A DNA stretch of 62,937 nucleotides, counting the filler, from Octopus bimaculoides (Eukaryota), in assembly GCF_001194135.2 (NCBI RefSeq). It is 4 parts of 4 records of this genome, joined end to end, with 100 filler letters (N's around TTAATTAATTAA, not from the genome) between each part and the next. Parts side by side here need not be neighbours in the genome. Positions count along the whole stretch, not along the records: positions 1 to 11,852 come from NC_068981.1; positions 11,953 to 36,092 come from NC_068996.1; 2 more parts are not named here. The stretch is one strand, 5' to 3'. Shown here in pieces: positions 1 to 13,337 of the stretch (position 1 is its first letter; each line of letters begins with the position of its first letter). Both the position numbers and the translations under genes were made by a program. Below the pieces are notes generated by a model. That model saw only the letters and a list, made by a program, of their open reading frames with translations. It was not told where the DNA came from and made no database searches.

Positions 1-36
<36 letters not shown>

Positions 37-621
37 TGTATGTATTTGCAGGCATGTACCCTCCACACGTATCCATACATAGATAACACACAAAATACAT
101 ATGTGTGTGTGTATGCGTGTGTATGTGTGTGCGTGTGTATGTGTGTGTGTGTGTATGTATGTCTACCTCTATATATATAATATATGGAGCCACCCTGCTG
201 TTTATGCTTTTATCAGTCATACAGTAGCTTCATATAATTGCGCAACAATGCTGGCCGAGAGAAAAAGCACAATGACGTTTCGTACTCCGAGTATCGACAA
301 GTTTTGGCTATAAATCTGAGGATAGTGTTGTTTAGCTCCTGGCTACCGTTGCTCTTGTTGTTGATGAAGATATTCGAGTTATCATTGATTGTGTAGCCCC
401 AGGTTAACATTGATGTTGTAGCCATATTATCAAAGACATTATAGCTGTGACCATGTGACATATGTAGATCTAGGACTACAATATTCAACGTATCCCCTTC
501 CTTTTAAGAGTCACTACCATTCTCTATGTTTATAGATTTACTACTAAATCATATTCATCAGCGTTATACCTTCTGTTCTAAGGACAATAATATTTTATTT
601 ACATTGCTGATTTCAAATTTT

Positions 622-821
622 GGCACAAGGCCAGCAATTTCGAAGGAAGGAAATAAGTCAATTACAGCGACCCCAGTTTCCAACTGGTACTTATTTTATC
701 GAGACCGAGAGAATGAATGGCAAAGTCGACGTCATCGGAATTGGAACTCAGAACGTAAAGACAGACGGAATGTCGCTAAGCGTTTTGCCCGGCCCTGTAA
801 CGATTCTGCCAGCTCGCCGCC
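622..821 (-). mobile_element. SINE family A copy (tRNA-derived, Deu/Nin-like core)
   Basis: Reverse complement of the repeat ggcggcgagctggcagaa...gaggtcgactttgcc...aagtaccag that recurs at 6924, 25793, 26539, 47902, 58868 and 62616. Confidence 0.8.
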
Positions 822-1320
822 ATTTTAATTCGTTCACATTATTAATAAAATATATTGCTCTCAACATTCACAGTTACCATGGGATTAAAGGGATCCCTGA
901 TAAATCTTACGGTAAACGAAAATACTGAAATTCATGTTGACTTTTGATGTCCAGCATCGACTCGTTTATCGAAGTGTATTATTTGCAAAACAATTCTAAA
1001 TAGGAATTAATGTAATGTAATGTAATATAAAGCTGAAGCAAATTAACACCAAATATACAGCGCGTGTGTTTTTATTGGCTAAACTGGCAATATGACCATC
1101 CCCAAATACAACAACAATTCTAAATATCTATTTATGAAATGTATCGTGTTAAATATATAAATATTTATTCATAATTACGTGATAATAATTTAGTTCCATA
1201 CAAGATACCATGGACGAAAATTTGACACCAATATCTTAAATAGTAGAACCACCAGTATAAGTGGAAGACTATAAAAGTGTGTGTATATATATATGTGTAT
1301 GTGTGTGTGAGTGTGTGTGT

Positions 1321-1364
<44 letters not shown>

Positions 1365-1725
1365 TGTTGTTTTTAGGGATGGTCATTTTATTTTATTTAT
1401 TTGCCAAACAAACACACTTACTATATTTGTTCTTCACTCGTTTATTACTGTTCTTATTTTTTTCATTTTTATTTTAACTTATGTCCATTGACCAGAAATC
1501 TTTCGTCACACATTTGTGACCTCTTCAGCGATACTTTTCGTTTTCGCGTGTACTCTTGCTCCGCTTACCTCATTCTGTTCTTTTAAGGTGTGTATCCTTA
1601 TGTGTGCATATGCATATAAGGATATATATATATATATAAAGCAAATAAGTTACAAGAGCCTTCTTTCAGTTTCCGTCTACCAGATACACTCACAGGTTTT
1701 TTGTCGGCCCGAGGTTATTGAAGGC

Positions 1726-1761
<36 letters not shown>

Positions 1762-2582
1762 TGTGTGTGTGTGTATGTGTGTGTGTGTGCGTGCGCGCGT
1801 GTGTATGTGTATAGGGAGAATTCACAAAGACGAAGACAGGTGGTGTAGAAAACAAGCAGATGTATTAATATAACGCTCGGGAGTTGAAAAAAGTCTTTAA
1901 CGTTTCGAGCCTACGCTCTTCCATAGAAAGGAACGCAAAAAGAAACAAGGAGAGAAACAAGCAGAGAAAAGAATGTGTGTAGTGGTCAGTGATCTATCAT
2001 GGCCATTATATATCTATAATCCATTATCCTAACTCAATTTAACGGACTCTACATGCCGTTGCCGCTGGGACTTTTCTCTCCTACGAAACCGATTAATAAA
2101 TTAGGCTGGAATGGAACTGTAATACTGTATCCTAGTATGGTTGCAGTCTAACGACTGAAACGTGTAAAAGATAAAAGATATATGTACATATATATATATA
2201 TATATANNNNNNNNNNNNNNNNNNNNNNNNNNNNNNNNNNNNNNNNNNNNNNNNNNNNNNNNNNNNNNNNNNNNNNNNNNNNNNNNNNNNNNNNNNNNNN
2301 NNNNNNNNNNNNNNNNNNNNNNNNNNNNNNNNNNNNNNNNNNNNNNNNNNNNNNNNNNNNNNNNNNNNNNNNNNNNNNNNNNNNNNNNNNNNNNNNNNNN
2401 NNNNNNNNNNNNNNNNNNNNNNNNNNNNNNNNNNNNNNNNNNNNNNNNNNNNNNNNNNNNNNNNNNNNNNNNNNNNNNNNNNNNNNCTGCACGACCAGGT
2501 GAAAAACGCTTTATTTAATATGTGACATTAATAAAAATCTGTAAATGTACAAACATCCAGATTTCTGAGTACCTTAATTTTT

Positions 2583-2621
<39 letters not shown>

Positions 2622-4228
2622 CCCTCATGCATATAATTATAGAATGCGTAACAAATTATCCTCCATGCTGCAGATCTATAAATAAAACACTATTGTCTTT
2701 TCGATGACGAGCAGCTTCAAACAATAAAAAGCAATCCATCAACCTCTCATCCTAATATTTCATATTTATTATAGCTGATGCTCTGTTGCCACTCGTCATA
2801 CCCCATTACCGACAAATTCTTTTTTTATTTCCCTGCAATTAGTTCTTCTATATTTTATTTCACCACCAAAATATTCTATATTCTTCAAAACCCATTTTTA
2901 TGTATTAACATGTCACATTTATCGTTATTATTATACGTCTATAACATAATGAATGCCGCATCTAAACGGTTTACGTTCCGCTTCAGCTCTCGAATGTGTA
3001 TCAGCTCTTAACAGTTGCCCTCTGTTTGTCAAGTGCATGTGTGGCGCCACGTATAGCACAGATATATGAGACAGCGAACTTGGTACTTAAACATAATTAT
3101 GTTAATTTGCAATTAATTAAAAATTAGCTGATTATACGCAATATAATTTCTGTTTAAAGATACTTAGCAAGACGACTTAAACGTTTAAGAAAATTGTCTA
3201 AAATGATACGAGCAGAGCTGAAACCAACATTTGATTTGCTCGAAGGGAGTAAAGCTATTTTATCACCATCCTCATCAACGGTAAAACCGAAGAAAAACAT
3301 GAAAACAAGACCCATAAATGTCATCCTATAACTTATTCTTACTTTCATTACTATTGTTGAAGCTGCATTTTATCGATGTCATAAAAGAGACAAAGGTAGC
3401 CCCGGCTACATTTGCATAAAGGGAGGTAACTGAATACAACGAAAACATTTTCTTTTTATAACTGATTTCAATATTTATTAATGACAGAGCTAACCTAATT
3501 AGTTTGTTGATAGTGACTACATTAAATACGTTCCCACTATCTTAACTTCTGTTTTTAATGGTGATAAAGTTATAAACTTCAATTGATTATTTGCTAATTA
3601 TGCTAATTGGTCATATCTATTCATATGCAATATTGTATATTTACCTAATGATTCTTTCATTAATACTTGAGCAATTATGATGAAGTATGTAATTTTGTAT
3701 TGATGAGATCTAACCAAACAATAACCGTCACTCGCAAGTGATTATAACCTGGAAGCATGTACCATGTTTTCACTAATTGTTTTAGGTGCCTATGTAATCA
3801 TCAGCAGACATCCCTGCAATACCACCTTTGCCATCGGACGGAACATGGACGATATGAGAGCAAAGAAAGGGCTACACCTTTACTAAATTGGTACCAATTT
3901 ACGGCTGATGAGAAGGGAGCAACATGGAATGAAGCGTCCAACTCAAAGTCATCATATCACTCGAACCAGGATTGGGACTGACAGTCTTTTGAACACTGGA
4001 CCAACGTCCTAACCACCAATCTACCCGCATTCACAAGGTCTAATAAGACTGAAACATGTCAAAAGTTGTCTCCAATATTACTAAAATTAGTTAAATAATA
4101 TGGACCATTGCATTAACTTCATAAGGGTCAGTTTCCCGTCACAGGTGAGCTGTTACATGTAGGAGGAAAGAGTGATGGAAAGGTGTGGAGAAAGAGTCAG
4201 CAAAAGTTCCCGATTACCTTCTGCACAG

Positions 4229-4299
4229 TCTGAGATTCGAACCCGCATTCCCTCGACCGCGAGTCCGCTACTCTAACCACTAGGCCATGTTCCTCCACA
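4229..4299 (-). mobile_element. tRNA-like SINE head with Pol III A and B boxes
   Basis: Minus strand reads tgtggaggaacaTGGCCTAGTGGttagagtagcggactcgcggtcgagggaatgcgGGTTCGAATCtcaga. No clean acceptor stem, so not called a tRNA gene. Confidence 0.6.
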
Positions 4300-5336
4300 T
4301 ATATTACTGTTACCTTCATTATTTCTTATACCTGCTTTCAGTTGTCTCTCACATTTACATATTTTTCCGGAAGCAAACGAAAGGTTAACACGTGTGTGTA
4401 TATGTATATATACACATACACACGAGCGAACGCGCGTACACACACACACGTATATATATATATATATATATATATATNNNNNNNNNNNNNNNNNNNNNNN
4501 NNNNNNNNNNNNNNNNNNNNNNNNNNNNNNNNNNNNNNNNNNNNNNNNNNNNNNNNNNNNNNNNNNNNNNNNNNNNNNNNNNNNNNNNNNNNNNNNNNNN
4601 NNNNNNNNNNNNNNNNNNNNNNNNNNNNNNNNNNNNNNNNNNNNNNNNNNNNNNNNNNNNNNNNNNNNNNNNNNNNNNNNNNNNNNNNNNNNNNNNNNNN
4701 NNNNNNNNNNNNNNNNNNNNNNNNNNNNNNNNNNNNNNNNNNNNNNNNNNNNNNNNNNNNNNNNNNNNNNNNNNNNNNNNNNNNNNNNNNNNNNNNNNNN
4801 NNNNNNNNNNNNNNNNNNNNNNNNNNNNNNNNNNNNNNNNNNNNNNNNNNNNNNNNNNNNNNNNNNNNNNNNNNNNNNNNNNNNNNNNNNNNNNNNNNNN
4901 NNNNNNNNNNNNNNNNNNNNNNNNNNNNNNNNNNNNNNNNNNNNNNNNNNNNNNNNNNNNNNNNNNNNNNNNNNNNNNNNNNNNNNNNNNNNNNNNNNNN
5001 NNNNNNNNNNNNNNNNNNNNNNNNNNNNNNNNNNNNNNNNNNNNNNNNNNNNNNNNNNNNNNNNNNNNNNNNNNNNNNNNNNNNNNNNNNNNNNNNNNNN
5101 NNNNNNNNNNNNNNNNNNNNNNNNNNNNNNNNNNNNNNNNNNNNNNNNNNNNNNNNNNNNNNNNNNNNNNNNNNNNNNNNNNNNNNNNNNNNNNNNNNNN
5201 NNNNNNNNNNNNNNNNNNNNNNNNNNNNNNNNNNNNNNNNTATAAGCAAATATCCAAATACGCACAGACATGCATACATATATAACGATTATATAAACTT
5301 ATACATAGACACACTCACATACAAACACACACACAG

Positions 5337-5338
5337 AC

Positions 5339-5389
<51 letters not shown>

Positions 5390-5406
5390 AAGATAGATAG
5401 ATAGAT
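5337..5406. repeat. (GATA)n microsatellite
   Basis: Direct tandem repeat. Confidence 0.95.
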
Positions 5407-5996
5407 AAGCAAGGAAGGAGATGATGTTATCAAAATAGCATTCGTTTAATAATGGATACATATAAATAATTACATGCGATAAATTACAAAAGAACTGTAA
5501 TAATCAGATACCTCCCTAACAAGTCTCTATTGAACTCCAGGTCAGAAATTTTCAGTCGTTGCCTGCATATGTATAAATATATTTTGAAGAATTGGAAAAT
5601 TCCGCCTATTCCTGACTGATTTGATATCTTTCCAACCTTATCCTTTAAGGTCTAAGGGAGATAACTCCTTTACCTTTTTACTTGAATCTTCTACATGTTA
5701 GTTTTTGTGTTTCCGTTTTCTGCTTTCCGTCTTTCGTTTTCTGTTGTTTACTGTGTGCATTTTCGATATGCTGCCTTCTCAGTTTTCTTTCTATATTTTT
5801 TTTTTTGCGTTTCTTCTATTATTTTTAATTCATTATATGATCTGTGGTTTGCGCCTGAAGAATATGTTTGAGTTTTTCTCAACATATGAAACTATTAGAA
5901 GCTCTTTAATACATGTATTGTGGCCTTTAAATAAATATTTATCTCTCACTAGATGGAGTACTTTTTTGTTGAATTTTCTATCACGGATCAGTACAT

Positions 5997-6033
<37 letters not shown>

Positions 6034-6538
6034 NNNNNNNNNNNNNNNNNNNNNNNNNNNNNNNNNNNNNNNNNNNNNNNNNNNNNNNNNNNNNNNNNNN
6101 NNNNNNNNNNNNNNNNNNNNNNNNNNNNNNNNNNNNNNNNNNNNNNNNNNNNNNNNNNNNNNNNNNNNNNNNNNNNNNNNNNNNNNNNNNNNNNNNNNNN
6201 NNNNNNNNNNNNNNNNNNNNNNNNNNNNNNNNNNNNNNNNNNNNNNNNNNNNNNNNNNNNNNNNNNNNNNNNNNNNNNNNNNNNNNNNNNNNNNNNNNNN
6301 NNNNNNNNNNNNNNNNNNNNNNNNNNNNNNNNNNNNNNNNNNNNNNNNNNNNNNNNNNNNNNNNNNNNNNNNNNNNNNNNNNNNNNNNNNNNNNNNNNNN
6401 NNNNNNNNNNNNNNNNNNNNNNNNNNNNNNNNNNNNNNNNNNNNNNNNNNNNNNNNNNNNNNNNNNNNNNNNNNNNNNNNNNNNNNNNNNNNNNNNNNNN
6501 NNNNNNNNNNNNNNNNNNNNNNNNNNNNNNNNNNTATA

Positions 6539-6571
<33 letters not shown>

Positions 6572-6923
6572 ATCGCCAATGTATCATTTATCCGAAATAA
6601 GAAGCATACTCTAAAGAGTATATTGCATTAGAGTAGCAATATATTTTTTATGAAGTTAAATGTTATGTCCAATCATAGAGTGACTATTGGTTATGCACCT
6701 TCGACCATTTGATTCTGATGAGTCAGCTACACTGCAAAGCGCTTTATAGGTGGGAAACTAATCGTTACTCTATAATATTTAATTTCCCTTCTTATATATA
6801 TATACATACATACATACATAGAGAGAGAGGTAGAGAGAGAGAAAGAAAGTCGATAAGTGTCATGTGAGGTACCTGACCGTGTTATTCAACTATAAGTAAA
6901 TTTATATATTCTTTTGTACTTTA

Positions 6924-7106
6924 GGCACAAGGCCCGGAATTTTGGGGAAGGGGCCAGTTGGTTAGATGGACCTCAGTACGCAACTGGTACTTAAAAGATG
7001 AAAGGCAAAGTCGACCTCGGCGGAAGTTGAACTCAGAACGTAAAAACAGACGAAATACCGCTAAGCATTTCACCCGGCGTGCTAACGTTTCTGCCACCTC
7101 GTCGCC
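6924..7106 (-). mobile_element. SINE family A copy
   Basis: Matches the other family A copies, in reverse orientation. Confidence 0.85.
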
Positions 7107-7560
7107 ATGGTAAACTTATATATTAATGTAATCTGTGACGAATGATTATTTATATAATTTAGTTCCAAGTGGAAGGGTACTGAAACAATAGATACAAATG
7201 TTGAACATGTGCTATACCGAAATTTTCATCTCCTTCCTTCTCTTCTATGTTATTCTACGTAATAGTTAGACACCAGCTACGCCAGTGATAATTACCTGGA
7301 GTTCCTGCACCAGATGACTTCCTTAAATGCCAGTCTTCAAGTGGTAGATAGCCATGAGTTCATATTGAGCACTGCATAAGAAATAATACACCAACATAAA
7401 TTCCTAACAAGATTTATCTAAGTTCAACAAAAGTCGTTTGCAATTCACTTACAACACAAAACATTCTATCAATTTATTTCGCTCCAAGTTACTTTACTGG
7501 TTTATGGAGTTCTTTGGTGGAATTCTATAACAGTAAATATATTCTTGTAATATTTTGAGC

Positions 7561-7600
<40 letters not shown>

Positions 7601-8265
7601 CACGCACACACACGCACGCATACATATATATATATAAATATATAATTTATAGTTCCAAAGATAGGTTAAACATAAATTTGTTAATATGCTTTGCTGTCGA
7701 TTGAGGGACGTACAAAGAGAATACATTTGAATTTCTATGCATTATCAGCATTTACACTTCACACCTAACCGTAATCCGTTCTGTATAATTCATGCAGCTT
7801 ATTTCTATAAAAATCCTTTTCATTTTTCTCCGGCCGAAGACTGTTCTATTTATGCTCAATACATCCACCTACGATAAATACGGAGGCCCCACTTCCCTAT
7901 AAAATATCCATTTCAATAGATATGTCAGCAGTGGTTTTTCTTTTGCTTATGCTGCATAACAAAGCATAAATTTGTTGTTCTAAATTATTCCATTAATGAG
8001 TTCTTTGGTAGAATTCTACAACAGATAATGGAGTCCATTTAAATGTTTAGAATTTGAGAATTGTACATATATACGCACGCACGCACACACACACAACCAC
8101 ACACACTCACACACACACATACACACACACATACATATATGTTTTCTTTGTAAAAGTTTAATAACCATGTACTCCACTATAAATATTCAGTTTAATGTTT
8201 ACATTTAAAAATAATATAATTTGACATTAAAGCAAAGAGTAAGATATAAAGATACAGCTAGCTGA

Positions 8266-8267
<2 letters not shown>

Positions 8268-8342
<75 letters not shown>

Positions 8343-8347
8343 TAGGC

Positions 8348-8400
<53 letters not shown>

Positions 8401-8402
8401 TA
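8268..8402. repeat. (CAGA)n(GATA)n compound microsatellite
   Basis: Direct tandem repeat. Confidence 0.95.
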
Positions 8403-8739
8403 GTCATCGCTAATAGGTAACCAAGAAGAGATATACACACTTTACTGACTCCTCTTTTACAATTTCAGCACAAATGCAAGCCTGGTTGTGTACATATATA
8501 TGGCGATATATATATATACATGTATATGTACATATATATATATTCACAGAAGACCTGAGGAATGTTGCATGTGCTTTGGCTATAGGTCCGAAATTGGATA
8601 CCTTCATACACGTGGCTTCCGGGAAACTCCGAGTATTGTATGAGTGTGTTCTACGTTTGTTTCATATATTTAGCATATTATTCTATTTCAAAAATAATGA
8701 GGTGTAATTCGTTTGTTGTTAAATATGCGCTTACATATA

Positions 8740-9643
8740 TATAGAGTCTGATCAATAAGTTTCGGGAATGTTGCTATAATAACGAATCTAAAGCACATAG
8801 AGTAAAGCCGATTGGTACAGATTGTCCTTAAACTCTGCTGTGCACCCTCACTAAGTTTTAACGTTGTAGCTCACTTCTGCTGTTTACAGCAGTGCTTGGA
8901 ACCAAAGTGGGTAGCGTGTGATCGTTGCATTGACAATGACAGAGAAAGTTAAGCAGAGAATCTGTATCAAATGTAACCAAAAGCTTGGCGATACCTGCTC
9001 TGAGGCCTAAACAAAGTTTCAAACAGATTTCATCGTTCTTAACACAATGAAGGAGATCTTGTGCAACTAAAACCCGAGCGTCTTTTTGGTCAGCTGAAAG
9101 CAGTTTTAGCGCAAAGTTGGCTGACACGCGTTTCATAGATAAATCTTCAGTGATAATGGACAGAACTGAACCGAAATTAATCTGCACATACTCTGATAAC
9201 ACATGGATGTTGATTTGACGATTTTCCCCTCACAACCGCACGGACATCTGCGATATTTTGCTCAGTTTTGCTGGCTGCAGCCCTCCCAGAACTTTCGCCA
9301 ACACTGACATTTTTTCGGCCATCTTGGAAACATCTGAACCACTCGTACACTCGTACACTCGTACACTCGTACACTCCTCTCCATACTCTTTCTGCAAGTT
9401 TGAGTCGGCCTTTGAGCAGGCATCGCCATGACAACTTTCTCTGTCATAGTCAATGTGACGATCACACGCTACACACCTTCCTTCCAAGCACTGCTGTAAA
9501 TAGCGGAAGTTAGCTAGAATGTTTAAACTTAGTGCGCATGTACAGCCGCGTTTACGGTCAATCTGTGCCACGCGGTTTCAGTTTGCGTGCTTTAGTGTCG
9601 TCATTATGGCAACAGTCCTGATACTTATTGATCAGACCTCGTA
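8740..9643 (-). mobile_element. Non-autonomous mariner-like element built from two inverted 5' halves
   Basis: TIRs share gtctgatcaataagt (8740-8770 and 9613-9643). Frameshifted transposase N-terminus on the minus strand (SVRVYEWFRCFQDGR; ITEDLSMKRVSANFALKLLSADQK) and MTEKVKQRICIKCNQKLGDTCSEA on the plus strand. Confidence 0.85.
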
Positions 9644-9829
9644 CATGTGTGTGCGAGTGTATGTGTGCAGGTGTGTGTATGCTTGTGTGTGCATGAGTGT
9701 ATGTAACTGCGTTTATATGTATGTGTGTGTCTTTGTGTATGCACATATACATGCGCTAATATTTTGCATGCACGTACTCATTGATAAATATCCATATAGA
9801 TAGCTTTATATTTTATATGCACTTATGCC

Positions 9830-9866
<37 letters not shown>

Positions 9867-10722
9867 NNNNNNNNNNNNNNNNNNNNNNNNNNNNNNNNNN
9901 NNNNNNNNNNNNNNNNNNNNNNNNNNNNNNNNNNNNNNNNNNNNNNNNNNNNNNNNNNNNNNNNNNNNNNNNNNNNNNNNNNNNNNNNNNNNNNNNNNNN
10001 NNNNNNNNNNNNNNNNNNNNNNNNNNNNNNNNNNNNNNNNNNNNNNNNNNNNNNNNNNNNNNNNNNNNNNNNNNNNNNNNNNNNNNNNNNNNNNNNNNNN
10101 NNNNNNNNNNNNNNNNNNNNNNNNNNNNNNNNNNNNNNNNNNNNNNNNNNNNNNNNNNNNNNNNNNNNNNNNNNNNNNNNNNNNNNNNNNNNNNNNNNNN
10201 NNNNNNNNNNNNNNNNNNNNNNNNNNNNNNNNNNNNNNNNNNNNNNNNNNNNNNNNNNNNNNNNNNNNNNNNNNNNNNNNNNNNNNNNNNNNNNNNNNNN
10301 NNNNNNNNNNNNNNNNNNNNNNNNNNNNNNNNNNNNNNNNNNNNNNNNNNNNNNNNNNNNNNNNNNNNNNNNNNNNNNNNNNNNNNNNNNNNNNNNNNNN
10401 NNNNNNNNNNNNNNNNNNNNNNNNNNNNNNNNNNNNNNNNNNNNNNNNNNNNNNNNNNNNNNNNNNNNNNNNNNNNNNNNNNNNNNNNNNNNNNNNNNNN
10501 NNNNNNNNNNNNNNNNNNNNNNNNNNNNNNNNNNNNNNNNNNNNNNNNNNNNNNNNNNNNNNNNNNNNNNNNNNNNNNNNNNNNNNNNNNNNNNNNNNNN
10601 NNNNNNNNNNNNNNNNNNNNNNNNNNNNNNNNNNNNNNNNNNNNNNNNNNNNNNNNNNNNNNNNNNNNNNNNNNNNNNNNNNNNNNNNNNNNNNNNNNNN
10701 NNNNNNNNNNNNNNNNNNNNNN

Positions 10723-10755
<33 letters not shown>

Positions 10756-11224
10756 GTCGTAAGAATGCTTACATAGGAATATAAATATATGCGTGACTAA
10801 ATATTAATTTACAGTCCTGGCAATTTCTGGCGTGTGTTTTCACAGGCTGGATAGACTTACATATTACGCGACAGTTGTCAATTCAAGTTACTTCCAATCT
10901 CAAGTGGTACATAATCTTCGTTGAAGAAATTGGAAATCTAAGACAGAACAACGAAACGAGAGCTAAAAATAAACTTGGAATTTTTGTGTTTTGCTTTCTT
11001 TGGCTTCTTTTGAAGAATCATAGAAAATATTTATTTCTATTTCTAACATGACATTGTGAAAAATCAATTTTGATATCTTTCTATTGTAATATCGATTTGT
11101 TTCTTATATAAGTCTAATGTTTTCTGCTTAAGAGAAGTACCGTTGTTCATATTTGTGTTAACACGATACGAGGTGAAGTGACATATCTCTAATTGCTAGT
11201 CAAGGTCTTGGCGTTACCTCAGAT

Positions 11225-11405
11225 CTTTCTTGTTTTAGTGATTGGATAGCGGCCATGCAGGGGCACCGCTTGGAACAATTTAGTCGAACAAATCACTCAC
11301 CATAGTTTTTTTTTTCTTAAATCTGATACTTATTCTATCGGGTGCTTTTGCCGAATCCTAAGTTAGGAATGTAAACAAACCAACACCGCTTGTCAATGTG
11401 TGTGG
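11225..11405 (-). mobile_element. SINE family B copy
   Basis: Reverse complement aligns with 47170-47392 (ttcggcaaaag...gatagaataagt...catggccgc). Confidence 0.7.
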
Positions 11406-11795
11406 GAACATATATAAAGACATTCACACCTACATACATGTGTATATAGTTAGGTAGATTGATTGAATGACTGATTTATATATATATATATATATATATA
11501 TAAAGAGAGAGAGAGAGGGGGGAGAGCATGAGGGGTTTAGTTCACTTATGATCTAAACGAATACGTACGCTGGGTAAGTGTTATAGTAGGCCAAGGCTTG
11601 ATCTAGGGGTCCATTATGGCAGGTATAATATTAGAGGAAAAGGCAAAACCAAGACAGAACGAGAATCTCAAGCCATTTAGAATAATTTAATTACGGTAAG
11701 ATGGATTTGAATTCACTTTACCCTAATAAAATTAGTCTAAATTACTTGCGATATTCGTTCTGCCTTGGTTTTGATTTTTCCTCTATTATATATAT

Positions 11796-11852
<57 letters not shown>

Positions 11853-11952
11853 NNNNNNNNNNNNNNNNNNNNNNNNNNNNNNNNNNNNNNNNNNNNTTAA
11901 TTAATTAANNNNNNNNNNNNNNNNNNNNNNNNNNNNNNNNNNNNNNNNNNNN
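11853..11952. other. Artificial scaffold-join spacer (44 N + TTAATTAATTAA + 44 N)
   Basis: Exactly 100 bp with a six-frame stop 12-mer in the centre; identical at 36093 and 48167. Confidence 0.95.
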
Positions 11953-12013
<61 letters not shown>

Positions 12014-12254
12014 GTAGGTGCCTTAGGTCTATTAAAAAAATATTCAGACAAACACATAACAAAAACACCAGGACTTACAAATAAATATAACATACAGAAA
12101 ATTGCACTACTGGGCACTGCACACATCCTACGCAAAACACTTTCAATACAGTAACCATAAGAGCATCACAGCAAACCACAGCATATACCCAAGGCCCACA
12201 GAGCTGCGATTGGTAATGAAGTGAAAGCACGTTAAAAAAATAAAACTACTGAAC
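12014..12254 (+). mobile_element. 3' end of R4/Dong-like RLE non-LTR retrotransposon
   Basis: Encodes VGALGLLKKYSDKHITKTPGLTNKYNIQKIALLGTAHILRKTLSIQ* followed by a 3' UTR; (TAA)n on both sides; same family at 26009 and 57938. Confidence 0.75.
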
Positions 12255-12296
12255 AATAATAATAATAATAATGATGATGATGATGATGATGATGAT

Positions 12297-13337
12297 TTCA
12301 TTTATTTGCCACGAGGGCGAAACATGAGGGGGACAATAGAGAGACAGACATAAGGTGTGGGAGTTTACATATAATAATGAAATGATATATAAAAAATAAA
12401 AAAAAAGAAACATTCAAATAAGTATACTCGGTATTCACTAGAGAAGAGGAGACATATGCATAGCATACAGAAGTACGAACAAAAAGCTAGGGGCATGATA
12501 GAGATGTGGACCTCCTGATACAGGAACGCCTTTAGAGATAATCGAAGAACCCCTATGAGCAAGTGCCCTCTCCATTTCTTTCTCTCCGACTCACTGGTCT
12601 ACACTTAAATAGGTACAATCCTCTCTCGCCATTTCGCAATTTTCACCTATTTTTCAATAAATTCAGCCGAGGACAGCATTTCCCTCTCCACTCTCAATTT
12701 CCTTGTCAAATGAAACTTGAAGGAGTCAATGGGACTTCCTCTACCAAAAAGGAATGTATCTGTCCTCATGCCTTTCAGCCTTGTCCACCAATTGACCTCT
12801 TTCGCCACAGCCACCAGGCAAAGAAAAACTGCCTTGTCTGCCCGATTGAAGGAGAGCGGCGATGCAATCATCACTACAAACTCGACCGACAGACGGGTCC
12901 GCCCCACACGTGACAGTAATTGTTCAACATAACCCCAACAGTCAGAAATGCCCGGACATAGAACGATGGCGTGCAGAACGATTTCGTCACTCTGCGCGCA
13001 CCTCGGACATGTCCATCTGACAGAAAATCCGTGCCTGTAGAGCTTGTCTCGAACTGGTAGCCCCCCCCCCCGTAACACTGCCAAGCCAAGAACATCTATC
13101 CATGATAGTTCCTGACCGGACTGTCCTCCGGAATACACTAGCCAGTTCGTTTTCATCAGCGTCCAGAATTTTCCAGAGAACGTCGTCGTACTTCCCCCTA
13201 GTAATTCTCTATAAATCTCTAATGCAGAACATCCACCGATCCCATTGCCTGACTGGTAGAGGGCTGTGAGCGCCTGATGACATTCTAGTGCCAGGCGCCG
13301 TCTCGGTCTTTTCTTCACCCATGACTGCAGCTCCGTC
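12297..13337 (-). mobile_element. Tx1/L1-like LINE, 3' fragment of ORF2 and 3' UTR (copy 1)
   Basis: ORF 12647-13318 contains the C-terminal Cys motif WTCPRCAQSDEIVLHAIVLCP; AATAAA and an (ATC)n tail on the minus strand near 12297. Confidence 0.85.

Noticed and set aside
213-488. 91-aa minus-strand ORF in moderately complex sequence
   Set aside because: No recognisable motif and weak splice signals; cannot be supported without transcript data.
3160-3280. Possible + strand exon (tttaaag|...YLARRLKRLRKLSKMIRAELKPTFDLLEGSKAILSPSSST|gtaaaa)
   Set aside because: Plausible AG/GT boundaries but no homology or partner exons, and two join spacers separate it from the receptor.
4229-4299. tRNA gene
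   Set aside because: A and B boxes are present but there is no convincing cloverleaf; better explained as a SINE head.
7296-7371. 76-nt minus-strand segment with good acceptor and donor
   Set aside because: Stops in all three frames; could only be a non-coding or terminal exon, and nothing else supports it.
11897-11908. TTAATTAATTAA as a homeodomain site or biological palindrome (also 36137 and 48211)
   Set aside because: Always centred in exactly 88 Ns; an assembly spacer.
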